Source of the DNA: Dimorphilus gyrociliatus
Taxonomy: Eukaryota > Animalia > Annelida
Direction of reading: 5' to 3'
NCBI GenBank assembly: GCA_904063045.1
Contig: CAJFCJ010000016.1
Coordinates: 1 to 64,000, forward strand
DNA length: 64,000 nucleotides
Shown piece by piece: positions 13,902 to 26,800 of the stretch. Below the pieces are notes generated by a model. The model was not told where the DNA came from. It did not search any database and saw only the letters and a list, made by a program, of their open reading frames with translations. A program made the position numbers and the translations under genes. Position 1 is the first letter of the stretch; the number at the start of each line of letters is the position of its first letter.

Positions 13902-15240
13902 CTATTGGGATAAGACGGCCTGCGTACCCTCTGCAATAATGGGCACTTCAGTCATCCACGGAGATCTTACTCGGCCGAATTGAATATCTGTTAGCGCCTT
14001 GTTTAGTTGCATACAGATGGGATAACTTTGCTCCATTGTTGGTATTTTGTACCATTCTTCTTTGTAGAATATTTTATCAACAGGGCTCACAACACAAGCT
14101 GTTCCAGCACCAAACAATTCTTCTACTCGACCTTCTTTGAGTCCTTTCAAAACGTCTTTCATAGTTATTACTCTTTCTGATACTTTAAATTCATCCTAAA
14201 AGATAAATATTGATTTTTTGAAGATATTGTTATAAAAATTAATACGAATTAAATAGTCTTACCTGTTCTCTGGCCAGATCGAGTAATGAAAGTCGAGTCA
14301 CTCCTGGTAAAATAATACCTTGCGAGAGAGGAGGTGTTACCAATTCACGTACTGTAAAAAAGAATTATTTTATTATCGGCCATAATGTAATAATATCTAA
14401 ATATTTTTTTATCTTTGAAAGATTATTACCTCCCTCTTCGTTTTTCCACATCATGAAAATATTCATTGTTCCAACTTCGGTTAGTTGCTCTTCTTTACCG
14501 TAGAGCCACAAGATTTGCTGGCAATTATGCTTTTTCGCTGCTTCAGATTGAAGAAGAATTGTGGGAGCGTAATTGCAGCCCATTTTAAAACTGCCACATC
14601 CACCTTCCCATGCTCTGACGAAATTGGGATCGGCTAAAAGTGATATTGGCTTAAAGCCAGTTGGATAATAAGGACCCACAGGTCCAGTTATAACAAAAAG
14701 TTTAGCTTCAGTTGGAGGACTAACTCCCAAATGGTTATCCGTTCCCATTAAAGTAGGTCTGATATATAGTGTTGAAGACGTGGAATGTGGAACCCATTCT
14801 TTGTCAACACTAATCAGTCTCTTAATACATTCAATCAACTCTTGCCCTTCGAAATCAGGCAGATGACTACGGACAGCAGTGGCCTTCATTCTAGCCATAT
14901 TTTTATCAGGTCTAAATAAACGAATAATATTATCTTCTCCTCGATATGCTTTCAAACCTTCAAAAAGTTCAACAGCATAATGGAAAACTTTTGCAGCGGG
15001 ATGCATCGAAAAATTTCTCAGTGGATTTATCTTAGGGGTACCCCAGCCATTATTCTTAGACCAATCGATTTCTAACATGTGATCCGAGAATTGATGACCG
15101 AAAACCAAATTGTTAGGGTCGGGTTTCGGTAGAGGATTCTTGGTTATCTCAATTTCAAGTTCTGACGCTCTGAAGCTGCTCACTCCTGAGAAAGATCTTG
15201 TTGACCTTGACAAATGTCTTAAACCTGCCAAAAATTTCAT
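13902..15240 (-). CDS. BCAT2: Branched-chain amino acid aminotransferase with mitochondrial-type presequence
   Basis: LVFGHQFSDHML, HYAVELFEGLKAY, LYIRPT, PLP lysine in FKMGCNY, EVGTMN, ELFGAGTACVVSP. Arg/Ser-rich N-terminus MKFLAGLRHLSRSTRSF. BCAT1 vs BCAT2 orthology cannot be resolved. Confidence 0.9.
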
Positions 15241-18205
15241 ACTTGCTTCTTCAAAAATTGAAGTTAAATTGAGAATTGCCACTAGTCAGACTCCCCTTTT
15301 ACTTTGAAGAGATAAAATATGCAAATGATTACTATTGAATGATAACTTCCTTATCAAGTATGATGTTTATTCATATCCGCTATTATAAATTTTATTTGAG
15401 TATGTAAAGGATATTACACTTTAGAAATATCTGAAAAATCAGTTGTATAGACACGTGCTTCGTCTTCCTAACTCTTTTTTTATTTAGAACGCTCTATATA
15501 GGCTACTACATGATTATAGCATAGGCTGATTAATGTCATTGACCTACTTTAAGGAAGTCTTCTATTTCATTATTTACATAGGACTAAAATAGTCACTTAT
15601 GCTAAATTTTTATCCTACATTTACTTTTTTAGACTATAACTAAAATTTAGTTTAACGATAAGTTATCGAAAGTTAATTTCAGTACGTACAGATATTTTCA
15701 ACATCCTTGAACTTAATTTGATTCTCAGATTTTCAAATTAAATTTATGATAGAAGCCCATAGGAAATATGATAAAAAATAATTAATAACAAGTTTTCAAC
15801 TGCTGCGCAGTTTTTTGTTGATAAATAAAACAATTAGTCAAAAAATTTAACTACGCAATTAATAGAAATAATTTGAATAATATTAGAATATATTAATAAT
15901 ATATTTGATATTTGAATGATGGGAAAAAATGAATCAGTAGATATTTCTACTAAGTTTATCAGCTATATCAATTGTTTCCTCCTAATGATAAATACGAAAC
16001 TTATGTGAGAGATAGCATAAAACAGTCGTATGATAGTCAATATGTTTTAAAGCTTACATGATGTACGACGTACTAGTAGTATAGATAAGATGTCTGGCTT
16101 GTAAGTTAGATCGTCCCCAAAGCTTTACTTTATCGTTGAGCTTATATAATTTTACTGCAATAATGATAAATGTTTGAAGAAAGTTTCTATTTCCTATCGT
16201 GACGAGTGAAAAAGCAGGTTTCTTACTCATATCCTGTTTAACAAAAGTTGATAAGAAAGGTTTATAATTTCTATTTACAAAAACCAAAAGTATGGAAAAT
16301 TCTCTGAAATTTGTTTATTAACGATCTCCTTATTGGATGATACCTCTATCTAGGACAATGTCATATAAAATAGTATTCAGTAGTAAGTTTTACGTATTTA
16401 ATATGACCGCTCGATAAAGTGAACTAATTTCACAATTAAACTATAGAAAAGTTGTTTTTAAGAATGATTACTTATTTTTCTATTATTGTCTACACAAATT
16501 CCTTGAATTATTCACGGAAATTTTTCATACTGATTAACCTTTTTTTAATGAATATTCAAAAACCACTATAGCAATAACAATACTCTATTTTGTTCGAATA
16601 AACTTGAAAATTTATAATAAATATTCATTTTCTCAAAGAAGTATTTGAAGTGAATTAATCCAGGCAAATAGAAGTATTTATCTGAGGGAACATTGCTGCC
16701 ATCTGATTGCCAATGATTCTTGTCTCGTATCTAGGCGATTTTAAATAGAATAAAAGATATTACAAGCGATTTGGTCACCAAACTTCATTTTATCCATAGA
16801 AGTTTTCTTGCAGCTGTAATCTGACTTTTTCTTCCTGAAATGATAAGAATAACTATAAGAATATCTGTTAATCCAATATAAATTAGGCTCCCTTATCCTC
16901 TTGAGTGTATGAGTATTCATTAACTTTCTCATTACTATCATCAATATACTAAAGACTCCCTATTTTCTTTAGAGAAATAGTAGTATTTTCCATATGTCAA
17001 TGCAATTAAGCTCTTGGACCCTTCTTAGTGAAATTAGTTTCCGCCTAATCCCCCTTTTTCAAATTTTTTTTTTCTATTTACCTTTCCCAAATACAATAGT
17101 AATAATAATATTGCTCTTTTATAGACTCATCCTTTGACCAAGTTTTCTCATCAGTTTTATGCAATTGGCGCATAGAGAATTTGTTTGTCCTTATCTTAAG
17201 CCATAGAACAAAGTGACGTATAGATACTGCAGAGACACTCAAATGGCTTTGAAGCGCTTAAGCTGAAAAAAAGGAGAAATTACTAGGAAAATCATTCGAT
17301 TAAGATTCCATCATAACCTGGCATTCATAAAGCATCGGAAACATTCTAGAGGCAGTGGATATGAAAGAATGGGGTCGAATATTGTGCCCAAATTGAAGTA
17401 GACGAAAAATTGGAAATCTGCAAAGTCTTTTTGCTGCCACAACCAGACTGCAAAAATCTATACTGAACTCAACGTCAAGAAGTTGTCGTTTATACAAACG
17501 ATAGATCTAATGGTATTTTCTTGTTGACATTCAAACACCATTGAAAAATCACGTTTTTCCTGTATGCTGGAAAGAATTTTATGCTAGAGGTTAATTGAAA
17601 GGAATAAAATAACCTTACAATCTAACTTTAACACTATAATCTTATTGTTTAGGATTAAAGCGAAACTATAAGTTAAAAAAAGGGCCATTAGATCGACTTT
17701 CTAACAAAAACTCTCAATGCTTTATTTCCCCGGTGCGCTCGTCATATAAAATATTTAAACAATGTAATTGTGATACGGAAGGCAAGCTTTCAACGAATCC
17801 GAAATCCTTCTTTAACTTTAGTTCCGCTTTCCGGTTCTTGGTATAATTAAACGTTACCATTAGCCAAAGTTTTTCTTTATCTTTTCTTTGTAGGACCTTC
17901 GAGGGGAAGGACAGTAAAATATACAGCAGTTTTATGTATCCCTTATCGAAGATTTAAGTCTTTTTCTGCGAATGGAACATAAAAATACTGTAATATTTTT
18001 GTGAAATTATGCCTAACGATACAAAGATAAGACAGAATTTGAGTATTACTTCCGAATCATTTTACTGATAAATTAAATGTTTAACATTGAATAAATATGT
18101 ATCCGTTTTTGTTTAGTAATCTGGTTTTATTGTATCTAATTTATATTAACCTAAGACAATAATAGTATATATAAATATGCTAGATGGAGCGTCTTTAATA
18201 AAACT

Positions 18206-18237
18206 GTCGACGTCACAGGGAAGTAAGGTCACGTGAT
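18206..18237 (+). promoter_or_regulatory. Putative promoter (CRE-like GACGTCA plus E-box GTCACGTGAT) for the neurexin-like gene
   Basis: Motifs are followed by an exon-like segment ending in the donor gag|gtaaat near 18364. The acceptor ttccttacag at 20810 precedes the ATG at 20875. Confidence 0.35.
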
Positions 18238-20874
18238 TAGAGCGTCTATATAATAAATTCTATCAGAACAGAGCTATGTTAAACGACCAACCATAGCATG
18301 AAGAGCCGACAGTCACCCAGTCCCGGGATTTCGATTTTTAATTGATCCAATGTAGAAAACGAGGTAAATAATATATTAAATTATTTATTTCTTATATACA
18401 TATAGTCTAAAATCTAAAGTAGTTTATGAATTTTATTTGTTCTATTCTCACGAGAGAAACTTACGGAAAACTTTCAAGATTTATGGCTAGAAAATTGCAA
18501 ATAAACTGACATAGAAGAGGTTATAAATTTCTTTACAAATAACGGTTCTAGAGACGGCATCGTAAAGTCGTGTATTTTCCATTTGAAATTAAGTTAAAGA
18601 GTGCATTAAATGCATAATTTGGTATTATTACAAAAGCTTATGTCAAATTAGTCTAAAATTAGTTCAACAGGATTACTCTCTATTATACGTTGCTTGAGAC
18701 ACTCTGGAAAAAAAATAAAAATGGAGTAGAGAAATAAAATTTCTTAAAAAGTAAAGTAATATTTTACCTTGCTTTCTGCACAAAACATTAATTTTGTTGC
18801 AAATGTTGCTTAAAAGTCGGTACTTTTAATGGCAGTCACAACTAGCAACAGATGCCTACTATGATTAACGACAAACGTCTAAAAGCGACTATTGGAACCA
18901 TTTGTTACGCCTATCGAACGGTAGATAGTTAAAATGTGACATTTAATTTCCATGATTTGTCTTAAAAATTTTGCGCGGGACTTAAATGTTCCATTTTCGA
19001 ATATCACGTGACTCAGTCACATGTTTTCTTCATGGAAAAGTCTCCCGAATGATTTTAAATGATTGCTTCTCATATTGTATGCTCTGCTCGTGGAAGGAAA
19101 AAAAGAGATAAAATAGGTGTTGATTTCGTTCTACTCGTAACTACCAAATAAGTGAGAAAACTAGGAATAAATAAAGCTATAGAGACAGAATTTTTATGGC
19201 TTTTTTAGCTTTACGACACGCTCGTCTGATTATGGGCTTTGTTTATATAGGATTTATCTTAATTATCGTTCCCATTACAATTCACCGCTATTCTGTTTTG
19301 TTAGTTATGTCTCAGAGGTAATTCCATGTCAGAATCATTTATCCAGACTACGTTTTTTATCAATGTATTATGCGCTTTACGAATTTAATCAGAAAAAGTA
19401 TACAAATAGTAATTAACTTATTATAAAGATAAAGTTGATGCGATCTATGTAAGCTGTTTGAAGATGTAGTTACAAATTCTGACACGGCAACTAGCGAATT
19501 GTTCAACTGTGAACGTAGATGTCTGATAGTCACGCTCTTACGCCATGTGAAATTCCAGATAATCGAACAAGTTACTGTTAATGCTCTAGCAATTATTTGA
19601 GTGGGAATTTCTTTCGATTAATAAAATTACTTTCACGCTATTCTTTCATAGCTCTATAGACCCTGATCACTTTTTTGACGTGGAGTAAGCCCGATGCATG
19701 AGATATACAAATGCGCTGTGCTTTCGTTTAAAAATTAGTGATTAAAAACAGTTGTTTTTGTCTTTTACATTCGTAATAACCAGTAATACATATTCTTTTT
19801 TTATTTAAATTCTCTTAGATCGCATTTAGCTACAGTTTTTTTTGTTGTAAATCGTGCTGTTTCACTCAGCCGTCAGATAAATATATAATTCCCAAATCGA
19901 AGAATCGGTCAGAGACATCGGCAAATCATCAATTTCCCCTAAGAAATATTATCGTTGCATCGCGCATGATTGACCAAGTCGGTATAAAGGCGGCTTTTAT
20001 AATCTACTACTGCAATATTCGATTTGGGAAAGGATTTATCTCAAATTTTTTCCTAAATTTTCCAATTTTTAAGCTTTTTACGCTCTTCAATGTCAAATTT
20101 TGACGCTTTTTCGTAATTATAGATTTTTTATCGTCTATTGGGATATATAGATATATATATATAAATCTCATATTATATAGTTACTTATAAAATATATATT
20201 TATATCGTTTATACAGTATATTTTTTATAAATATATATGTATTTGTAAACGGATCGATAAAATCTTAGTCTAAGTCAAATAACAAAATATAAACTGATAA
20301 AGCTGACTTGTTGTTCAAAGTGCTGATCTTAACAGGTGAGGATATAGAAAGACAGAGGAATTTTCAATCAAAACATTTCTCCTCAATCTATATGGAAATT
20401 CTAGTAGTGAAGTGTAAGCTTCATTAAACACATAAAAAATGGCATCTAACTAGACCTTCTATTTCATGTCTGTATTAGTAAATTAGTCGTTTTTATTTAC
20501 AGATAGGCGAGTAGTATAATTTATTCATGTAATTTCTCACAGACTGATAGAATTTTTCACTGCGTCTCTTAATAATAGCGATTACTTAATCATCTATCTT
20601 GTAATTAAATTAAAATAAATAGTGTAATACTGGGCTCTAATTACTCTTAAATGCTTTATTTTTCTGATTACCTATTTTATGCCATTTAGAATGAAGAACT
20701 AATTCCTTCTTTTATAATTAAGTTGTTTAGAAATGATAGATAATACTTATAGTGAACTGTGCAAATGAAATTTAAAAGATAAGAGATTTTTAAATTTTTA
20801 TTTCCTTACAGACTACGTTGACCCGATATATGTGACATAGAATCATTGTAGATAAACTGACTAGATTGAAAACT

Positions 20875-23800
20875 ATGAAAAAGACGAATCTCTTTGTGGT
20901 TTTGTCGATTTTTCTACTCGGCATGTTTCAAGAAACTACTTCATCCTCTTATACATTTAGGAGTAATAAGGATATGTGTGTCATATATGAGCCAGATTTC
21001 ACTTATGCAAAGCAGTTTTGGGATATAGAATTCGAATTTAAGACTCAAAAAAAAGATGGTTTCCTTTTGGAGCATATTGTTACTTTACACAATCGATCTT
21101 TAAATGTTGTTCATATATTGTTAGTCGAAGGTCGAGTGGTGATGAAACTATTTGACATTGGATCAGCTTCAAATAATGTAACGGCGATAATCCACAGTGA
21201 AGAGGGTAAATATTGTTCAGAATTGTTACAATTAGTTTAATTTCACTCTTAATTCTAGTAATACTAAAACAGCCGAGGAGCATAAAATTGATTCCTTCCT
21301 CCGGCAGATTGATTTATTTATTGTTATGACTCTTTACAGATGCTTCGTATGACCAGTGGAATAAGGTATTTTACTCGCTAAGCACGCGCGGAAGTAACGT
21401 TTTTTTTAAAGTAAACGAAAAACGACGTCAACGTGTAAAATACAATGAGAAATTCCGAATATTACAAAAGTGGCATAAAACATCCATTACTATCGGTGGT
21501 AGACGAGGAATCAGTCACAAAGATGACAAAAAATTTGTTGGCTGTATGAAAAGTCCCATTTTTATACAAGATACGGAAATTTACGAAGTTAGAAATAGTG
21601 ACAGAAAAAATGTAAAAGCGGGATGCATAAATGCATGTGATGACCTTGGCTTTAGATGCAATGATGGAATCTGTATAAATCGTTATGATCATATAGAATG
21701 TGATTGTTTTGGAACAAAATATTATGGAGATACGTGTCATATTTCAGGTTTTTTTTCTTTTATTTCAAAATGTTTTTTACGTAAGCTAAAACATGAAATA
21801 AATTTCTTAAATAGATTCCCCAGCTGTTACTTTGACTAGTCAAGATTTCTTATTCATAAATTTGACTGAGGAGCGATTATTTAATTTAATATCTTTGGAA
21901 TTTAAAGTAAAAGATACTATCTTCTCTAATTTAATAAATTTCTATGAATATAAATTTTCAGACAGTAGAAAAGAACGGCGTAATATTCCTCGGTTTACTA
22001 GACCCAGGAAATTATTTAATAATTTACTTATTGAACGGAACGCTCCAGGTATCTATTGTTTTTAACGATGAGTCAAAGGAAGAAGACAATAACGTAGAAC
22101 TTGACTGGAATACTCATCTAAATGATAACCGCTGGCATAAAATTACTTTAAAGTATTCGAAAAAAAGGATTGACATTATTCTAGACGGAGTGGAGGAATC
22201 TATAGATTCAAAAATAGTAGAAATAAAACAAATATATTATGGAGCCTCATTAAATAATATAAATCATGCTAAAATGACTACTAATTTCACTGGATGTCTA
22301 AAAAATTACTTTTTTAATACATTCAATCCCTTATCAAGTGCTGTTCAGAAAAGACCCAGTCAAATAAAGAAAGGTTGCCATATTAATCAAAATTCTGTAA
22401 AATTTGTTGATAAGAAAAGCAGTTTTTCTTATGGTAACGAAGTTTGGAGCGATGATTTGAAAGTAGTTTTTGACATTAGAACATTTAGTGAAAACGGATT
22501 GGTACTTTTTAATCAATATATTCTGGATTTTGACCAAGGATTTATACAAGTAATAAAGTTATACATGTCTATTTTTCATTCAGTTTGTAATTATTTAAAG
22601 TAAAAAGTACTATTATGGTGTAGGGATAGCCTTAGGAATATAGTATTGTGCATAATTTATCAAACGTCAAATGCATTTTGCATTAATTTCTTTTTTATAC
22701 AGCTTTTAATGCAAAATGGAATGCTCTTTTTAGAAAAACAAACTACGTCGGGCGAAAACATTAGAAAACAGCTTCATTATGATAAATTAAATGATAATAC
22801 CTTTCATGAAGTAACGATGATTTTCAGGAAAAAGTGAGTTTAATACTAAATTAGTGTGTTATGAAAAACAAATTGCCTATTTTTTTCCAGACAAGCTATG
22901 TTGGTCATTTCGGTTAAAAAATCTATTACTTTCTTTAAATTTAAGAGCGGGGTAAGATTTCATGAGAGAGTGCACCTAGGCAATTGGGCTCAGTCAAGAG
23001 GCGGAGGTATCTATTGCAAAACTACTGATAGTTTTACTTACAAATATTTATAGTTATGAGAAGTAATGAAGAAATTTTTTCAGATAGCTTTATTGGTTGT
23101 TTATCAGCTGTTTCACTGAATAAATACAACTTGCAAGAAAAGGACTATGTTGATCAAGCATTTAAACATTTGGAAATAGGGAGTTGTAATTTGGAAAATA
23201 TTTGTTCCAAACAGTCATGCATTCATGGAAATTGCATTAGTCTATTTCATGCTATAGAATGCGATTGTAGTGGAACGTTTTATAATGGAAAATACTGTCA
23301 ATTTTGTGGGTATATGCCTGTCATTCGTAATAAAATGTGGGAATATTAGTCTTCATTTTCAGCTCGTTTGAAAAGTTCGTGCCAAGAATATGCCGACATT
23401 GGGTTAAATGAGACAGGATTTTACTTGATGGATCTTGATATGAGCAGAGCTCGTTCACACTTAACGACTTTTTGTAATATGAATAACCCAAGTCAGACAG
23501 CTATAAAAGAAGAGTTAGCTTCCGAATATTTAGTCGAAAAGGATCAACCTATCAAATTAGATTATCGGTAGGATAACATCAATACGTAACATTATCATGT
23601 AGAAATAGTGTGCTCTTACGTTCTTCTAAGTAACTTTTGCATTCAGGAATATATCAATTGCAACCATTGAATCTCACATTAAACAATTCGGAAGTTGTAA
23701 TCAATCCTTGTTAATCGAATGTTCTACTAATGATGTGATATTACAAGCCGCTAAGAATTCTCAACCAAGAACAGTCTGCAAATCTATACTTCCAGGTAAA

Positions 23801-26800
23801 AGTCAGAATTATTAAGAAAAAGCCGAAAGCAAAGTTTTAATTACGTTCTCTGTTATAATCTTGATTAATTATTTGTGGCTAGATGAAGAAGAGAAGACTG
23901 ATTATATTTCATTCAAGACAGAAGATTTACCTTTAACAGAAATTATTTTTAAAAATGTGAAACGACCTCTTCGAATATTAGTTGGAGATTTAGTTTGCCA
24001 AACAGATGGTAAAAAGCTTTTTAATATACAGTATATACAGTAAATATACAAATACATAAAGGACCGTCCTTATAACATCTTGAATAGGATTGGCAAATTC
24101 CAATAAATTTTCTTTAAAGGTTTCTAAAAGAGCTAAACAAAGTGTATGACTGATAATTCTTAACTATCTCTCAGCAACTATATGCGACTTAAAATCTTTT
24201 ATTTATTGAATATCGATGCAGAATCGTTAATTGGGCTAAAATTCTCTTAACAGATCGAATCATGTCGTTCCCATCGGCAAAAAGCAAATATCTCAAAAGT
24301 TTACCGCAAATTTTCACCACCCTCTCGTTTTATTTCAAGGCAAACAATCGTAAAGGAATCATTTGGAGAGGCACTCAAAAGAAAACTGAATGGATTTTAT
24401 CATTTGGTAGGGAAGCTCACTTCACTTGCTTTACCGCACTTAAATTATAATCTTTAAATAATTTACAGAAAATTCAAGAGTAACTTTAGGTATAAACTTT
24501 AAGGATGTAAAAAATCTTACTCTATCAGTTGAGGCTGATGGCTCAGTATTGAATTTGAGATGGCACTCGGTAGTCATTAGTATGTCAAAAGGCCAGATAA
24601 GATTGGAAATTGATAACCAATATAGTTACGGAAATGTTCCACATGATATGGAGTAATTATAAAAATTTATTTTTTTACTCATATATTAATGAATCATATA
24701 CTATATTTAAATTGATCAAAAGCAATTACGCAATCAACAGTTTTAAGCTATTTTTCACAACTTGAATTACTATCTATCTATAGATTTTAGTTTTTAATGT
24801 AATATTTCTGCTCTAGGTTTAAACAAAACAATTTCCAAATAATTTTTGGATCAGCTAGCGAAGACTATACTCCAGTTTGTTTTAAATCTATAAAAATAAA
24901 TGGACTTCTTCTTTCACCTAATGAAGTTTATACAATGTAAAATTTTCTTTTTTAAATCCTTAAATATATATGCTTACGATAATGAATTATTATTAGCGGC
25001 GAGAATATAGCTACAAAATGTCAGACAAGTTCAGACAAAAGTGTAACATTAAATGGAAACTCAAAAACGTCTTATATTAAAATTGTTAAAGAATCAGCAA
25101 TGGATGCGTCCGTTAAAATACAATTTAAATTTCGAACGTTAGAGCATGAGTACCTGCTACTCAACTTGAATGATTCTCTAAATAGTTCTTTGAAGGTAAG
25201 AATTTTTATAATTGCAGCAGGTATTATATTAATTTTTTTTTGTAGATATTTGTTTCAAATAATACACTTTCGGCCAATTTTAATGGAAGACAATCTTCAC
25301 TTTTTTATGGTTATATAATCATAAAATTTATTTAAATTCTAAAAGCAATTAACAAATTAATTATCTTTTAGTAACACCTAGTGATACGTGGAAACAATTT
25401 AACTTTCTTGGAAAGGGTCTACTGAAGGTCGACGGAAATAGTGCTGACTTGTACCATCACATAGGATTTAACATCCAAGGTAAAAGTTGTCCGAATATAG
25501 TAGCTTTGTAGATATTATGATTTGATATATATGGTAGTAGTGATTAAAGGAGAAAGTTTTTTACTATTAAAAGTCATCACTAAAAGTCAAACAAAATTGA
25601 TTTATACTATTGATTACGATTTCAAATCGTGGAACGAACAACTAAACAGTAGATTTAATATTTTAGAGCAAGATATATCAGATATCAGCGGAGATTTTGA
25701 TAAATCAAATTATAATGAGCCAACAGAAACAGAAACATCTGCGAGTTCACTAAAGAAACTCTATAAAGGTATAAAATTAAAAATAGTTATAAAATTGGAA
25801 GTTGCTTATCCCACCATTAGTTTTTATTATTATAAACGGTCATGCAATATTTCCTGCGACTTGCAAGAATACACGACATTTTCTGAAATTATATCAAAAG
25901 ATGTAGTTAGCAGAGAAGGTTCATAGGACAACTTTTATTCCTCAGAAATGAGCTCTTTTCCCACGCTCCGAAAGCTTATATTAGTATTGAATATTATTTT
26001 ATTCATTATTAAAGCCATCATGGCCTGGATACACTTTATAAGCGTCAGCTTATTTCTACCTTAATAAATTATATTAGAGACCAGATCATTAGATTTGTCC
26101 CTATTGAAAATCTATGTCATGTTATCAATATTTATATATTTTTACTATAGATGCTGATGTGGTAGTGTCAAAACATAAATCCCCCACCTTATGGATTTTT
26201 ATTGGTGGTCATCCATTATTCAGGAAGAATCCCAAAGATTTTTACGGGTGTATAAAAAGTGTGCAAATAAATCAAATAGACTACGATATTCACTCTTATG
26301 ATTACTATGAAGGTTTGAAGCAAAAAACGTCTAAGTCTTGTAAAAGCCTAATACATTTTCGTATCAATCATTTAAGGTGTCCATTTCGGCTGCTCCAACT
26401 CTTGTCAAAACTCTCCTTGCAATGGAGGAATCTGCAAAAATCGTTATTCTACCTATCAATGTGACTGTAGCAGTACTAGATATAGTGGTGTAACTTGCAA
26501 TTCAGGTTTGTAATTTAAATAAGTAACAGTATTAGTTGTCAATCGCTCAGTTTTCCAAAAGAACACACAACACGATTTAACAAATCTTCTCTTATTTGGA
26601 ATTTAACAAGAAAGGCAGCACTTGGAGAAAATTTTGAATTCTCTCTTAACTATGCTCTCCCTGCCAACAGCTCTTTCGTCATCGAAAAATCATTATCAGT
26701 AATAATCATTCATAGGTAAAACGATCTATATACATTTACCATGCTTGTTTGACAATAAATACTTGAATACTATAAAATTCGTAAACAATATATATTTTTC

